Origin: Chiloscyllium plagiosum
Lineage: Eukaryota
DNA: 64,000 bases
Assembly (NCBI RefSeq): GCF_004010195.1
Contig: NC_057718.1
Coordinates: 39,165,143-39,229,142, forward strand
Direction of reading: 5' to 3'
Every line of letters starts with the position of its first letter. The stretch's first letter is position 1. Both the position numbers and the translations under genes were made by a program. The notes beneath the pieces were generated by a model. That model ran no database searches and was not told the DNA's origin. It saw only the letters and a program-made list of their open reading frames with translations. Positions 62,721 through 64,000 of this stretch are shown one piece after another.

Positions 62721-63929
62721 TTTTAATCTTGTGTTGCAATAACTTCTTTGGTGAATTGATAGATTCTTCGTCAACATGCCTGAGTAAAGTCCCTGATTAT
62801 ATGTTTTAACTTGGCTAACCTTTTAAGTGAAAATAATAATGGTTCTGTCAAATAGTCAGATGGAGTGCCCTGCTATAGTACAAAGAGGCATATTAAATGG
62901 TAGGAAGATTGATAGGAATGGCTATTCTCTCCTACAAAGCCAATAGCACTGTTTAACTGGTGACACAGAGATCTCTATGGAAGCACTAACTAATGGCAAA
63001 AGGTTAGAAAGCAATAAACTGACATATTGCTTTTAAAATTTGATTTAGAACAAAACACCCCAGCTTTATTGAAAAGGGTCCTTGGCAGGTGGAGGAAAAC
63101 AAAAAGGGGCACTTGAGCGTAGAATTTTAGGCAGCAACTAGCTTAGTAATTATTAAATCTGATCAGAACTATGGACAGATAGCAAAAGAGCATTAAATAT
63201 TAGTGTTAATTTCACACAAACAAGCAGCAAAGTCTGTGTCATGCTTTTCAACGCTCTACAGAAATAACCATAATGTAATGAATTCCAGCTTTAACAGTCG
63301 TCATGAAAATTACACAAACTATTACAGATAGAAAAAGTAACAAAGTTAATTCGTCTACCATAAAAATTATTTTGAAATCACCCAACATGACTTGAAAGTT
63401 ACAAAATAGTGAAGAATAAACCACTAATAGTCGCATTCAAGCAGCGAGTCATTGTCAGTGAGTCAAGGACAAGATCCTGTATTTGCAAGTGTTCAGGGAT
63501 TGCTGAGGCTCTGGGGGGCAGGTGAATCTCTATATTAGCATCAGTCACTAGTTTTTTGACTCCACTTAACAGTAATCTGACTGCATTTTAAGTCTTTGTC
63601 TTTTGTGTTTACAATTAACCATGAGAACAGTCTCCTCGCCTTTATGTTCCAGAAACAAAATCACAATAGAAAATCTAAAGTGTTTACAGTTCCCATGATG
63701 GTTTGTGCTTACACCTGACCATTTTGCACATCCACATTAATTCAAGTAATGGATGATCTTGGCACTAGTGTCTTTTGAACTACTCACAAGTTCAGGTTCC
63801 TGAGCACATTCAAGTTTGCTGAAAGCATTTCTTGTGTACCAGACAGTGAAGCAACATTTATGTAAACGCTATGTACCTCATGCCTCATTTCTGATTTTTA
63901 TCTGAACAGTTAGCAGATCTGGAATACAG

Positions 63930-64000
63930 TAGATTAGATTCCCTTCGGCCCTTCGGCCCAACAAGTCCACACCGACCCTCCGAAGAGCAACCCACCTAGA
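63930..64000 (-). mobile_element. HE1 SINE 3' tail (runs off the window)
   Basis: TAGATTAGATT..CCCTTCGGCCCAACAAGTCCACACCGACCCTCCGAAG, matching 1852-1935. Confidence 0.85.

Overview
Eukaryotic DNA, almost certainly from a cartilaginous fish (shark). The evidence is HE1/V-SINEs, a SacSINE1/Deu-type SINE and abundant shark-type CR1 LINEs. The window is repeat-dominated intronic or intergenic sequence, and I can support no host protein-coding exon. It holds a near-full-length, decayed 6.2-kb L1 with TSDs (nested in a CR1 and carrying two HE1 SINEs), many CR1 fragments, a Tx1-like LINE and Gypsy pol and retroviral-type integrase remnants. It also holds Harbinger-like DNA transposon relics with Myb/SANT remnants and CWG TSDs, a Tigger/pogo-type MITE, and a ~3.5-kb 33-bp minisatellite with long His/Cys-rich or Gln/Gly-rich ORFs. 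The most interesting signal is a set of Penelope-like elements of about three sequence families carrying minimal hammerhead-ribozyme motifs (one intact at 31003-31030). Several ~170-220-bp fold-back (hairpin) derivatives, three with clear 11-14-bp TSDs, all have their inversion points inside the ribozyme motif. Family names come from motif recognition, not database searches, and most boundaries are approximate.
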